Positions 1 to 10,219 are shown, numbered from the stretch's first letter. The stretch: 64,000 nt of DNA from Geopsychrobacteraceae bacterium (GCA_963676795.2 CAXXTB010000002.1:1760001-1824000), one strand, 5' to 3'. Made by a program: numbers and translations. Notes: generated by a model from the letters alone, not told the origin.

Positions 1-584
1 CGATTCCGATCGAGTTCAAGGATACTGCAGGCTCCTCCTGCGGACAGCTGCTGCCAACCGGCCATGCTGTGGATCTGGTCCGGGGCGTCAACGTGACGAT
101 GATAGACAACGGCATGCCCTGCGTTATTATGCGTGCCGAGGATTTCGGCATCAGTGGAGATGAATCACCTGAGGAACTGGAAAACAATCAAACTCTGCGT
201 GACAAAGTCGAAAAGATCAGGTTAGAGTGTGGGCCACAGATGAACCTTGGCGACGTCACTGAAAAGTCAGTACCCAAAATGACCCTGGTCAGCAGAGCAA
301 AACATGACGGCATTATCTCGACACGCACCTTCATTCCACATCGCTGTCACAAAACGATCGGCGTTCTCGGAGCTGTCAGTGTCGCAACGGCCTGTCTGCT
401 GGAAGACAGTCCAGCTTTCGAACTGGCCAGACCGACAGCAGGACAGGAGCGGTCACTATCGATTGAGCATCCGACCGGCGAGATGACCGTCATTATCAAC
501 CTCGATAAGAGCGGCCAGGTAGAACGTTCGGCAATCCTGCGCACCGCGCGCAAGTTGATGGATGGAGAGGTTTTCATCGACTGA
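1..584 (+). CDS. PrpF-family isomerase, 4-oxalomesaconate tautomerase (GalD/LigU/FldA)-like; 5'-partial
   Basis: Frame is open from the window edge (IPIEFKDTAGSSCGQLLPTG...). Family-typical motifs IDNGMP, KSVPKM, TRTFIPHRCHKTIGV, IEHPTG, RTARKLMDG. Confidence 0.85.
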   Translation, partial: IPIEFKDTAGSSCGQLLPTGHAVDLVRGVNVTMIDNGMPCVIMRAEDFGISGDESPEELENNQTLRDKVEKIRLECGPQMNLGDVTEKSVPKMTLVSRAKHDGIISTRTFIPHRCHKTIGVLGAVSVATACLLEDSPAFELARPTAGQERSLSIEHPTGEMTVIINLDKSGQVERSAILRTARKLMDGEVFID

Positions 585-595
585 GGGCTTATCGC

Positions 596-621
596 AGGGG
601 CGGCTTCACGCCCCTGTTTTT
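596..621 (+). terminator. Putative intrinsic terminator
   Basis: AGGGGCG-gcttca-CGCCCCT hairpin followed by a T-run just after the stop codon. Confidence 0.5.
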
Positions 622-637
622 CAATGAAAGAAGGACA

Positions 638-1300
638 ATGGCCAGACCACTGCTGAAAACTTCGAGAGCCTCAAGAAACACCGCCATGGATATTCTCGAT
701 GCTGCGGAGGAGCTAATCTCACTTCGTGGCTATGACGGTGTTTCCCTACGAGAAATCGCGAAAAAAGCCGAAGTCAGCCTGGGCAGCGTCACCTACTACT
801 TCGAAACAAAAGAGAAGCTGCTGACCGCTATCTACGATCGCTATACCCAGCCGATGAACCAGCGCCGCATGGATCTGCTCGCCGAAGCCTTGCGCATCAG
901 CAATCAGCAGGAGAAACTGCAGGCTATCGTCCGCGCCTATATCATTCCGACCTTCTCTTCAAAAGCCGATAATATTTCAGGCGGGGCGCGTTTCACCCGG
1001 ATTCGGGCCATGCTGTCGATGCAGGGCACCAAAGAGATCAAGGGCGTTATCGCCAAACAGTTCGACGAGATCCGTAACGCCTTTATCGACGCCTTTGTTG
1101 AATGCCTGCCGAACGCAGATCGGGAGTCGATCATCTGGCGAAGCCATTTCCTGCTCGGTTCGCTCTATTACACCCTGGTCAATGGCGAGCGGATCGAGTC
1201 ACTGACCAACGGATCGACCTCCGCGAGCGATCAGGACCGGGCTATTGAAGAGTTGACCAAGACCTTTGCCTGCGCCTTTCTGGACCTCAATCAGACCTGA
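638..1300 (+). CDS. TetR/AcrR family transcriptional regulator
   Basis: N-terminal HTH ILDAAEELISLRGYDGVSLREIAKKAEVSLGSVTYYFETKEKL; RBS AAGGA. Confidence 0.92.
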   Translation: MARPLLKTSRASRNTAMDILDAAEELISLRGYDGVSLREIAKKAEVSLGSVTYYFETKEKLLTAIYDRYTQPMNQRRMDLLAEALRISNQQEKLQAIVRAYIIPTFSSKADNISGGARFTRIRAMLSMQGTKEIKGVIAKQFDEIRNAFIDAFVECLPNADRESIIWRSHFLLGSLYYTLVNGERIESLTNGSTSASDQDRAIEELTKTFACAFLDLNQT

Positions 1301-1344
1301 CCTGCCTCGCCCCGACAATCTCCAAACTGAACTTCAGACAGAGT

Positions 1345-1965
1345 TCAGGGGGCCAACCGCTCGATCTTCCATTCCCGGTGGTCGAGCAGAGTGTAGCGCA
1401 ACCGATCATGGAGGCGATGCTCTCCATCCTGCCAGAATTCAAACAGATCAGGGACAACGCGATAGCCTCCCCAGTGCCCCGGGCGCGGCACATCCTCCTG
1501 ATCAAACTTCTCGCATAACTGCTCAAACTCAGCCACCAGTTCGTCGCGACTGCTGATTACCTGGCTCTGGTATGAGGCGTAGGCGGACAGCTGGTTGCCA
1601 CGTGGACGTGAGGCAAAATAGGCATCGGACTCTTCAGCCGACAAACGTTCGGCCCGCCCTTCTATCCTGACCTGTCGTCCCAGAACTTCCCAATAGAACA
1701 GCAGTGCCGCAAAGGGATGGCAATCCAGATCCTGCGCTTTGCGGCTTTGATAATTGGTAAAGAAGACGAAGCCACGCTCACCGTAGCCACGCAGCAGGAC
1801 AACCCGTGAAGAGACCCTGCCCTGCCCACCGACCGTCGAGACGCTCATCGCCATCGGCAACTTCAGATCTGTCCGCTGGGTATCTTCAAACCAGAGACGG
1901 AACTGTTCAACAGGACTTTCTTTGAGCGCGGAGCGATGCAGCGGTTCATGCTGATAGAGTGACAT
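1345..1965 (-). CDS. pdxH: Pyridoxamine 5'-phosphate oxidase
   Basis: Motifs SSRVVLL, FFTNYQSRK, RQVRIEG, YFASRPRGNQL, WGGYRV, FEFWQ, RLHDR, ERLAP. Start moved to the ATG at 1965, which has a GAAAGGAG RBS. Confidence 0.95.
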   Translation of the reverse strand: MSLYQHEPLHRSALKESPVEQFRLWFEDTQRTDLKLPMAMSVSTVGGQGRVSSRVVLLRGYGERGFVFFTNYQSRKAQDLDCHPFAALLFYWEVLGRQVRIEGRAERLSAEESDAYFASRPRGNQLSAYASYQSQVISSRDELVAEFEQLCEKFDQEDVPRPGHWGGYRVVPDLFEFWQDGEHRLHDRLRYTLLDHREWKIERLAP

Positions 1966-2183
1966 GGCAAGTCTCCTTTCAACCGTCCAACAGGGCCGAT
2001 TCATGACAAATTATCGACCATGATTAACATTCAGTGCAATCCCCTGCCATTACTCATGTCAAAAAATCAATAAACAACATCAAGAGCCGGCAACCAGTTA
2101 AATCTCCACCGGGCGTACTTGCTAAACAGCAAGCATTGGATAGCATTGAATGTGTCAACATCTAATCACAGGAGGCGGCTGTC

Positions 2184-3383
2184 ATGAGAAAATATATAGG
2201 TACGATCGGCATTCTCACCGGAGGTGGAGATGTTCCAGGCTTGAACCCGGCAATTCGCGCCATCACCGTTCGCGCCCTGCGCGAGGGCTACCGGGTCATC
2301 GGGATACGGCGTGGCTGGGCGGGATTGGTAGATCTCATCCCCGACCGCAAGGCAGATAACAGTAATAACGTCCAGGAACTGACGGAGGAACTGGTCAACC
2401 GCGCCGGGCGCACCGGAGGGACCTTTCTTCACACCTCGCGTACCCGTCCCAGCCACCTTCCGCACAGCAACGTCCCAGCGCATCTGAGTGATCTTTACAA
2501 GGACAAGATCAATGACGTGACCCCGGATGTGCTGAAGAACCTCGGTTTTCTCGGCATAGACACCCTGATCCCGATCGGTGGCGATGATACCTTGAGCTAC
2601 GGGCTGCGCCTGCACAAGGAGGGGATCAAGGTTATCGCCATCCCCAAGACCATGGACAACGATGTCCCGGGTACGGATTACTGCATCGGCTTTTCGACCT
2701 GCGTTACCCGCACCATCGAATTGACCCACCGCCTGCGAACCAGTGCCGGATCCCATGAACGTTTCCTGGTCCTCGAGGTCTTTGGCCGTTATGCCGGCTA
2801 TTCAGCCCTGCTGCCAACCATGGCTGGCGCCGCCGACCGCTGTGTCATTCCTGAATACCCTTTTGAAATCAATCACCTGGTGAAGCTTCTCAGTGAAGAC
2901 CGGATAAAACACCCAAGCAAGTATTCGGTCGTACTGGTTTCTGAAGGGGCGACCATGACCCACCATGAAGGGATGTTGTTTGAGGGGGAGGAAGCGGATC
3001 AATTTGGCCATAAAAAGCTAGGGGGGATCGGCGATCAGGTTGCCAGACAGTTAAAAGAACTGTCACCTAAGTATAACGCCGGGCGACAGATCAATGTTGT
3101 CAACCAGCGTCTCGGCTATCTGGTCCGCTGCGGCGACCCGGACGCCATGGATTCGATCGTACCGATGGCCTTCGGCAATCTGGCCCTCGACCTGATCCTC
3201 CAGGGAGCGTCCGGCCGTCTGGTCAGTTTGCGTAACGGCTGCTACGACAATGTGCCGATCGATGTTGTGACGGGCAGAAAAAAAATGGTTGATGTCGGCA
3301 AGTATTACAACACCAAGAGGTTGCGGCCGATCTATGAATCATTTTTACGGCAACCCCTCTTTGTCATGACCAGCGATATCTAA
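2184..3383 (+). CDS. pfkA: 6-phosphofructokinase, PfkA family, probably pyrophosphate-dependent
   Basis: GILTGGGDVPGLN, GGTFLHTSR, GGDDT, IPKTMDND, EVFGRYAG; RBS GGAGG. Confidence 0.92.
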   Translation: MRKYIGTIGILTGGGDVPGLNPAIRAITVRALREGYRVIGIRRGWAGLVDLIPDRKADNSNNVQELTEELVNRAGRTGGTFLHTSRTRPSHLPHSNVPAHLSDLYKDKINDVTPDVLKNLGFLGIDTLIPIGGDDTLSYGLRLHKEGIKVIAIPKTMDNDVPGTDYCIGFSTCVTRTIELTHRLRTSAGSHERFLVLEVFGRYAGYSALLPTMAGAADRCVIPEYPFEINHLVKLLSEDRIKHPSKYSVVLVSEGATMTHHEGMLFEGEEADQFGHKKLGGIGDQVARQLKELSPKYNAGRQINVVNQRLGYLVRCGDPDAMDSIVPMAFGNLALDLILQGASGRLVSLRNGCYDNVPIDVVTGRKKMVDVGKYYNTKRLRPIYESFLRQPLFVMTSDI

Positions 3384-3416
3384 CCAATTTTTCCGCAACA
3401 AATAAAACCGTACAAT

Positions 3417-3452
3417 GAACAAGGCCACCGGCATTGCCGGTGGCCTTGTTTT
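3417..3452. terminator. Intrinsic terminator between convergent pfkA and cytochrome genes
   Basis: AACAAGGCCACCGGCA-t-TGCCGGTGGCCTTGTT inverted repeat followed by a T-run. Confidence 0.8.
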
Positions 3453-3542
3453 GCTCCGCTAAGCGAATAAACAGAATTCAGCGCTATCCGTCTTCGGCTC
3501 CAGTTTGTAATTCCAGCTGGTTAGTCATCGGCAACGCCAAGC

Positions 3543-3917
3543 TCACGGCACGTTGAAATCAAATCTGACATGACAGGGCAGACAGAAGTTCTCTGACTTC
3601 TGATGCTGATGATGACAGAGATTACAATCGGTCTCGGTTGAGTAGTGGCGATTCTTGTGCGGATTGGTCGGTTTGAGATCGGCTGTCTCTTCAGCCAATG
3701 CGGCCGTATCATGACATTCCAGGCATTTGATCATGGGTACTGCCGACCTTTGATCGGTACCCGCATGACAATCGTCGCAGGTTACTTCGTTGTCGGCATG
3801 TATGGCATCCAACTGTTGATCAGCAGCCATAACGGCACTTGCCGTACTGGCGCCCAGAAAGATGGTCAATGCCATAGCAAACAAGAACTTAGGCATGTGC
3901 AAAGTTTTCGTTTTCAT
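3543..3917 (-). CDS. Small periplasmic tetraheme cytochrome c (flavocytochrome c heme subunit, CctA-like)
   Basis: Sec signal peptide and four CxxCH motifs (CDDCH, CLECH, CNLCH, CLPCH), plus NPH motif; RBS GGGAGA. Confidence 0.92.
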   Translation of the reverse strand: MKTKTLHMPKFLFAMALTIFLGASTASAVMAADQQLDAIHADNEVTCDDCHAGTDQRSAVPMIKCLECHDTAALAEETADLKPTNPHKNRHYSTETDCNLCHHQHQKSENFCLPCHVRFDFNVP

Positions 3918-3991
3918 TATGTCTCCCATCATAAATAGCGTAGTGAAACGGTCTCGAGCGTCTCATCGTTAACAATCTCTTTCCGGGTTGT

Positions 3992-5685
3992 TTAAAGCTT
4001 AGCCACACGCTTACCGGTCATATAGCCAAAGGTGTAGCATCTTCCCAGCGACAAGCCGAAAACGGTCAGTGGGTAATCGACCCCCCCATAGAAACCGCCA
4101 CCGAGATTGCCGACAATATACAAGCCCTTGATGGGCTGACCGTCGGCATCCAGGGCCTGATGGTGCTCGTTGACCAGCATCCCGGAACACAGCGTTGAAA
4201 TTCGCACTCTGCGGTGTATCCCGTAAAAGGGTGCTTTTTCAACCGGAACCATTTTATCAGCGGGCTTGCCGAAATCGTCATCCTTGCCCGATTTACAGAG
4301 TTCATTGTAGCGCTTGACGCTTGCGACGAAGGTTTTTGGATCACACTGCAGCTTTCTGGCCAGCTCCTCCAGGCTATCTGCAACGTGGGTATTGGTCTGA
4401 GACGGGTAGACGCCATGCTTGGGTGACGGGTCATCCGGCATGTAATTTTTCAATCCCTCAGGCGGGATAAGCTTGCCCGGCCACTTTGCGGCCGTCGTCA
4501 TATAGTCTGCATCGAAAATCTGTGAATAGTGACCGGCGTTTTCGGCATCACGCAGATAGTTGTTCAGCAATGACATGGCAACAGTCTCGTTGACGAAACG
4601 CTCCCCCTTGCGATTGACAGCCAAAAATGGCATGTCGCACATCGAGGCCGGACCGGCATCGAAGTCATGCAGCATCTTGGTATGACCTAGCGGTTCAATA
4701 ACGCCTCCGGCCCAATAGGCCATGGCAAATCCATCCCGGTCCGATCCATCTGTTTACGCCCAAAGTTCCTCAGGTCGGGGATGAAAAAGTTACACATCGC
4801 TTCGTTGTTCTGGTAATCGCCAGTCGCCAGGATGACCCCTTTCTTAGCCATGAACTTGACGTACTTACCATCCCTGCCTTTGGCAATGACACCGATAACC
4901 TGCCCGCGACTATCCTGCACCAGCTGACTGGCTGGCATATTGAAGAAGAACTGCACCCCTGCTTTGACCGCCGTATTTCCCAGTGCGCGCATGCCATCGC
5001 CAGTGGTATAGGGCTTCGGCCCGAAAAAGGAGGTGACATAATTGAGCGTATAGCCGTTGACATTGCGTATGGCAAACTGTGGTCCACTCCCCTGGTCGAC
5101 GACAGTCGCGCCCCCCTTTTTGGCCCGGTCGATGACCCATTTCACGGCCTCTCCCGAATTGTAAGCCCAGGATCTGAGCAGCGCCGGGTTACAGCGATGG
5201 TTATTGTCATTATTGAGGAGCGAAACCAGGGCTTCGACACCGGCCTTGTCACTGGTGGCCAGATCAATGCCGGAACCGGTATTCCCCTGAGAAACGATGG
5301 TCGGATGCTTCTGGATGACAGCGACCTTGGCACCATTCTCCGCTGCGGAAAGAGCGGCAGGAACCCCTGAGGCGCCAGCGCCGACAACAAGGACATCAAA
5401 AGTCTTTGTCGCCGAGATATCCTTTTCTGCAATCACTTCCGGTTTGGGCATGAATTCAAGGGTTGCACCACCGTCAGAACTTTTTGCGTAGGCGGTGCAC
5501 CTGGCTGGCTCGGCCGCTTCAGCTTTTTTACCTGTGCCGCCCATGCCGCTCAGCACCATGGCGCCGACACCGGCAGTCCCTACCACGGCCCGCGATAGAA
5601 AACTTCGCCTTGAAAATCCGTTTTGCAGCACATTGGCAGTGTATTGCTCTCCTGCTTTCTCTTCCGGGGTAATCTCTTTATCCAT
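3992..5685 (-). pseudogene. Tat-exported FAD-dependent oxidoreductase (flavocytochrome c flavin subunit), split by a 1-nt frameshift at ~4735-4737
   Basis: Tat motif SRRSFL; FAD motifs VVGAGASG, GVILATGDY, GLYIVGN. Adding one G to ACC-GGG-ATG-GAT restores the family motif TGDGFAMAYWAGG and joins ORFs 4687-5739 and 3992-4723. Confidence 0.85.
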
Positions 5686-5943
5686 CCCTTTTTCTCCTTT
5701 TTCGTCGAGATAAAGAATGCTCATAAAAGGCAACACCAACCTGGTGCTGCCAAAACCAAGTGCAGGTCAGTAAAAGCACAATTTTTCGGATTTTCTACGC
5801 ACAGGCACTAAATAAATAGATGTCGGATTGTTGAAAATTTTATCACATCGGTACCATAAAACAATTGGCTCACTGTCGAAACCTTAGCAAAGGCCTCGAC
5901 CTTTCCTCTTGCAGCATTAGCACGACTGATTTACCTTCTGGCC

Positions 5944-8445
5944 ATGAGTACACTGCCCATCGATCAAATCCTGCCGGATCTGTGTCACGCCCTGTCACAG
6001 CATAGCGCCGTTGTTCTTCAGGCATCCCCCGGAGCCGGTAAGACCACGCGGGTTCCGCTGGTCCTGCTCGAACAACCCTGGCTTGCCGGCAAAACTGTTT
6101 TGATGCTGCAACCGAGGCGCCTGGCAGCCCGCCACGCGGCTGAATACATGGCGGCGCAGCTGGGGGAAAAGGTCGGCAAGAGAATCGGCTACAGCATCCG
6201 CTTTGAACGCAAGAGTTCGCAGGAAACCAGGATAGAGATCGTGACCGAGGGGATCCTGACCCGGCGTCTGCAATCCGATCCGGTATTATCTGGCGTCGGT
6301 TTGGTGATCTTTGACGAGTTCCATGAACGCAATATCAACTCCGATCTGGCCCTGGCCCTCTGCCGGGACGCCCAGCTCGCCCTGCGCGAGGATCTCAAGC
6401 TGCTAGTCATGTCGGCAACCCTTGATGCCGGGCCGCTCTCGGCGCTGCTCAATCATTGTCCGGTCCTGACCAGCCCAGGTCGCTCTTTTCCGGTGGAAAC
6501 CCGTTACCTTCCGCAACCAACCGGGCGCAGCAGCGCTGAGAGCGTTGCCGCCGCTGTCAGAACGGCATTGACAGAGAGTGACGGAGACGTTCTGGCCTTT
6601 TTACCCGGAGCCGGAGAAATTCACCGCTGTGCCGGGCTGCTGTCAGGGCTGACCGGCGTTGATATCCGTCCCTTGTTTGGTGGCATGCCCTTCGCCGAGC
6701 AGCGGCTGGCCATAGAACCCGGTAATAACCGGCGCGTCGTGCTCGCCACCAATATCGCTGAAACCAGCCTGACAATCGAGGGAATCACCACGGTCATCGA
6801 CAGTGGCTGGGAACGCCGCCCCCGCTTCGATGTCGGCAGCGGTCTGACCCGGCTTGAGCTGAAACGGATTTCCGTCGCCAGTGCCACTCAGCGCCAGGGG
6901 CGCGCCGGTCGTCTGCGCCCCGGAACCTGCTACCGGCTGTGGAGTGAAGGGCAACAGGCCGAACTCCTGCCCCAGGCCCCTCCAGAGATTCGCAGTGCCG
7001 ATCTGGCAGCGCTGCTGCTTGAACTGGCCTGTTGGGGCGAAACTGTCCCGGAACGCCTGACCTGGCTCGACCCGCCCTCTCCCGCTCATCTGCGCCAGGC
7101 CAGAGAGCTACTCCAGGAATTAACCGCACTGGACGAAGGAGGAAAACCAACCAGACTGGGACAGCGGATGGTTCGCATGCCACTGTCGCCACGCCTGGCC
7201 CGCCTGGTTCTGGCCGCTGAAGAGGATCATTCAGCAGCGCTGGGATGTGAGCTCGCGGCCCTGCTCAGTGAACGGGATCTGGTGCCGAGCTCCACAGTGC
7301 CGGCAACCACGGACTGCGACCTCGAAACCTGTTGGCGACTGTTACAGCGCCAGCCTCTGGCGGATGGCGCCAGAGCAGTCCTGCGCGTTGCAGAAGATCT
7401 GCGCCGCAGCATGAGCGCAGGTGCAACAGCAACAGCCTGGCCGACAAATCACAGCATGGTTCAACGCTGGCTGGCCCTTGCCTGGCCCGACCGCATCGGC
7501 CGCCAGCGCGATGCCGGTTCAGATCGCTATCTGCTAAGCTCCGGATGCGGAGCGGTATTGTCAGCTCGTAGCGGCCTGCAGCGACCAGCGTTCCTGGTCG
7601 CACTTGAAATGAGCCAGCGTAACGATCAGACCGAAATCATTGTCGCATCGACCCTGGAACGCTCATTACTGGAAGAGATATTTGCCGCCAGGTTACAACC
7701 ACGCCGTCAGGTCCGCTGGGACAGGCGCGAGGAACGCGTCATCGCCAGCGAGGTGGTTGCCCTGGGTTCACTTGTTCTGAGTGAACGCCCGGTCAAGGCG
7801 ACACAGGACGAACAGCTTCAGGGCGCCCTGGAGGGGCTCAGAGAGATCGGTCTCGAGCGACTGAACTGGTCCCCTGAAGCTCTGCAACTGCGCGCCAGGG
7901 TCGCCCGCTGCGCCACCATCTATCCCCTGGACGGCTGGCCCGACCTGAGTTTCTCCGCATTAACCATACAGCTTGATGAATGGCTGGGCCATTATCTGAC
8001 AGGTATCACCACCCGGGCAGACCTGGAACGTTTTGACCCACACAGGACATTAGTAAATCTGCTCCCATGGGAACTCCAGGCGCGGCTCGATAAGTTGACC
8101 CCTGAACGGATCGAAATCCCGAGCGGATCGCGCATCCGCATCGACTACAGTGTCGAAGGTCCTCCACTCCTGGCCGCCAAGCTCCAGGAACTGTTCGGTC
8201 TGCAACAGTCCCCGACAGTTCTGGATGGTCGGATACCATTACTGATCCACCTCCTCTCCCCGGCGGGTCGGCCTCTGGCGGTAACCCAGGATCTGCGTCA
8301 CTTCTGGGATCACGTCTACCCGGAAATTCGCAAAGAGATGCGCGGCCGTTATCCCAAGCACCCCTGGCCGGAAGATCCCTGGAACGCCCAGGCCACGGCC
8401 AAAACCCGGAAGTCATTACAAAAGTCCAGGCAGGACGACAGCTAA
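5944..8445 (+). CDS. hrpB: ATP-dependent RNA helicase HrpB
   Basis: PGAGKTT, DEFHER, MSAT, ATNIAETSLTI, QRQGRAGR and C-terminal HLLSPAGRP...RGRYPKHPWP. Confidence 0.96.
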   Translation: MSTLPIDQILPDLCHALSQHSAVVLQASPGAGKTTRVPLVLLEQPWLAGKTVLMLQPRRLAARHAAEYMAAQLGEKVGKRIGYSIRFERKSSQETRIEIVTEGILTRRLQSDPVLSGVGLVIFDEFHERNINSDLALALCRDAQLALREDLKLLVMSATLDAGPLSALLNHCPVLTSPGRSFPVETRYLPQPTGRSSAESVAAAVRTALTESDGDVLAFLPGAGEIHRCAGLLSGLTGVDIRPLFGGMPFAEQRLAIEPGNNRRVVLATNIAETSLTIEGITTVIDSGWERRPRFDVGSGLTRLELKRISVASATQRQGRAGRLRPGTCYRLWSEGQQAELLPQAPPEIRSADLAALLLELACWGETVPERLTWLDPPSPAHLRQARELLQELTALDEGGKPTRLGQRMVRMPLSPRLARLVLAAEEDHSAALGCELAALLSERDLVPSSTVPATTDCDLETCWRLLQRQPLADGARAVLRVAEDLRRSMSAGATATAWPTNHSMVQRWLALAWPDRIGRQRDAGSDRYLLSSGCGAVLSARSGLQRPAFLVALEMSQRNDQTEIIVASTLERSLLEEIFAARLQPRRQVRWDRREERVIASEVVALGSLVLSERPVKATQDEQLQGALEGLREIGLERLNWSPEALQLRARVARCATIYPLDGWPDLSFSALTIQLDEWLGHYLTGITTRADLERFDPHRTLVNLLPWELQARLDKLTPERIEIPSGSRIRIDYSVEGPPLLAAKLQELFGLQQSPTVLDGRIPLLIHLLSPAGRPLAVTQDLRHFWDHVYPEIRKEMRGRYPKHPWPEDPWNAQATAKTRKSLQKSRQDDS

Positions 8446-8628
8446 TCCGCAAAACTGCGGGTCGGGAAGGCAACCCGACCGGAGGGATTAGAGCCACCGC
8501 TGGGAAGAGTATGATAAACGATGCTCCTGAACCTGACATTCGACTATACGATTCAGGGACCCCATCCACTTGTAAAACTGGTAATCGATGAAATACTTTC
8601 ACTGACACCATCAGTCCCCGGGAGGAGC

Positions 8629-9810
8629 ATGACAGAGCATAACTCATTTCTGCTGTCTGCCGTAGAATCCTCAGCAGATGCTATCATCGCCCTGACCCCG
8701 GATGGCCACATTGCCTATTGCAACCCGGCAGTGGAAGCCATCTATGGATATTCGGGCCAGGAGCTCATCGGTCGATCTGTAACCTGTCTGTCCCTGCCGG
8801 AGCGGGCTGACGAAATACCGCTGATCCTCAACCGGATTCTCAACGGTGAAAGGGTCCGCCACTTCCAGACCATCCACCTGAATAAAAGCGGAACATCCGT
8901 CCCTGTCTCCCTCTCGATCTCACCGATCATTAACAGCGCAGAACAGATTGTCGGCGCGTCATTCATTTCCCGCGACCTGAGTCACCAGATGTCATTCAAG
9001 CTGACCCTGCATGAAACAGCCCAGCGCTACGAGAAACTCAAAACCTCCCTGGAGCTGGCCCAGCATGTCCAAAAACGCTTATTACCCTGCGATGCTGCTC
9101 TCACAGACGATCTGGATATCTGTGCCCGCACTCACTATTGTGAAGATCTGGGAGGAGACTATTATGATTTCTTTTCACTGCCTGGACAGAAAGAGAAGAT
9201 TCTGCGACTTGCCGTGGGGGATGTCTCGGGCCATGGAACGGCAGCAGCGCTACTGATGGCCATGGCCAAGGGCGCACTACAGGCCGAAATCGAACACTCT
9301 CCGGATAATCTCGTCGAAGTTCTGAGGCGCTTGAACCGCTTTTTCTATCAGGATACGGGATCAGAAGGAATGTTCATGACACTTTTCCTGGCCCGCCTGG
9401 ATGTCCGGGCGATGGAACTGAACTGGTGCTCAGCCGGTCAGGGGCCCGTCTATGTCTATCATCCGCAGGAGCAGTATTTTGAAGAGCTCGACAGTACCGG
9501 CACCCCGCTCGGCGTCCTCCCCGACGATGCCTACAGTTCGAGGTCAAAACGTTTGGCGCCCGAAGATATCCTGATTGTCGGAACCGACGGTCTTTGGGAA
9601 GCTCGCAATAGCCAGGGAGAAATGTTCTCTATCGAACGTTTCCGTCAACTTCTGGCGACCTGGCACCATAAAACAGCGGCGGAGATCTGTACCCAGATGC
9701 TTGCCAGGGTTCAGAGCTTTACTGCCAACCAACAACTCAACGATGACATCAGCCTGGTTATCGTGAAAATCCCTCCAGCTCCCCTGCTTTTAGCTTCAGA
9801 CCTGAGCTGA
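8629..9810 (+). CDS. PAS-domain SpoIIE/PP2C-type serine phosphatase (RsbU/RsbP-like)
   Basis: PAS (DAIIAL..NPAVEAIYGYSGQELIGR), then LAQHVQKRLLP, GGDYYD, GDVSGHG, GTDGLWEA, DDISL; RBS GGAGGAG before ATG 8629. Confidence 0.9.
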   Translation: MTEHNSFLLSAVESSADAIIALTPDGHIAYCNPAVEAIYGYSGQELIGRSVTCLSLPERADEIPLILNRILNGERVRHFQTIHLNKSGTSVPVSLSISPIINSAEQIVGASFISRDLSHQMSFKLTLHETAQRYEKLKTSLELAQHVQKRLLPCDAALTDDLDICARTHYCEDLGGDYYDFFSLPGQKEKILRLAVGDVSGHGTAAALLMAMAKGALQAEIEHSPDNLVEVLRRLNRFFYQDTGSEGMFMTLFLARLDVRAMELNWCSAGQGPVYVYHPQEQYFEELDSTGTPLGVLPDDAYSSRSKRLAPEDILIVGTDGLWEARNSQGEMFSIERFRQLLATWHHKTAAEICTQMLARVQSFTANQQLNDDISLVIVKIPPAPLLLASDLS

Positions 9811-10048
9811 CCTGGTTTGCCTGACCATCAGGTTGCTGCTACAACACCCGCCCCTGGAAAATGGACAATCAGTGTCTGTTTCTGCCATAGCGAAGAGCAG
9901 AGAAATAAAAACTGGAAATTTTACCCGATCTCAATACAATAGACAGATCTGCCGCTATCAGGCTGTTGAAATTCTATCTGCATTGCACTTGCTGCCGCGA
10001 CAGTGTTTTCAGCACCCTGCTATTTTCATTTCAAAGGAAGGGAAGTTT

Positions 10049-10168
10049 ATGGATCTTGAACATGTCATGATGTACGTGGGGATCGCAATTTTCATCGTCT
10101 TTATGGGATTTATCTGGAGAGGACCGAAATCTCTCAGAGATGCAAAAAAAGCCGAAAAAGCTGAATAG
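10049..10168 (+). CDS. 39-aa single-pass small membrane protein
   Basis: MDLEHVMMYVGIAIFIVFMGFIWRGPKSLRDAKKAEKAE: one TM helix with a basic tail, purine-rich RBS and downstream hairpin. Confidence 0.6.
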   Translation: MDLEHVMMYVGIAIFIVFMGFIWRGPKSLRDAKKAEKAE

Positions 10169-10177
10169 ATAAACGTC

Positions 10178-10219
10178 AAGGTCAGGGTGACGTGGTTATC
10201 GTCGCTTCACCCTGACCTA
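10178..10219. terminator. Hairpin terminator between convergent genes
   Basis: AGGTCAGGGTGA...TCACCCTGACCT 12-bp inverted repeat. Confidence 0.65.

Noticed and set aside
5729..5752. Possible sigma54 promoter upstream of the flavoprotein
   Set aside because: GG-N10-GC spacing is not met. Only an imperfect palindrome (GGCAACACCA-acc-TGGTGCTGCC) remains, which I cannot assign.
8455..8510. Possible SRP RNA, cobalamin or c-di-GMP riboswitch (GGGAAGGCAAC, GCCACCGCTGGGAAG)
   Set aside because: Only short word matches; the required conserved cores and spacing are missing.
9833..10048. 5' extension of ORF 9833-10168; similar extensions on lysR, pdhC, rsmA and others
   Set aside because: Non-coding-like sequence upstream of better RBS-supported starts.
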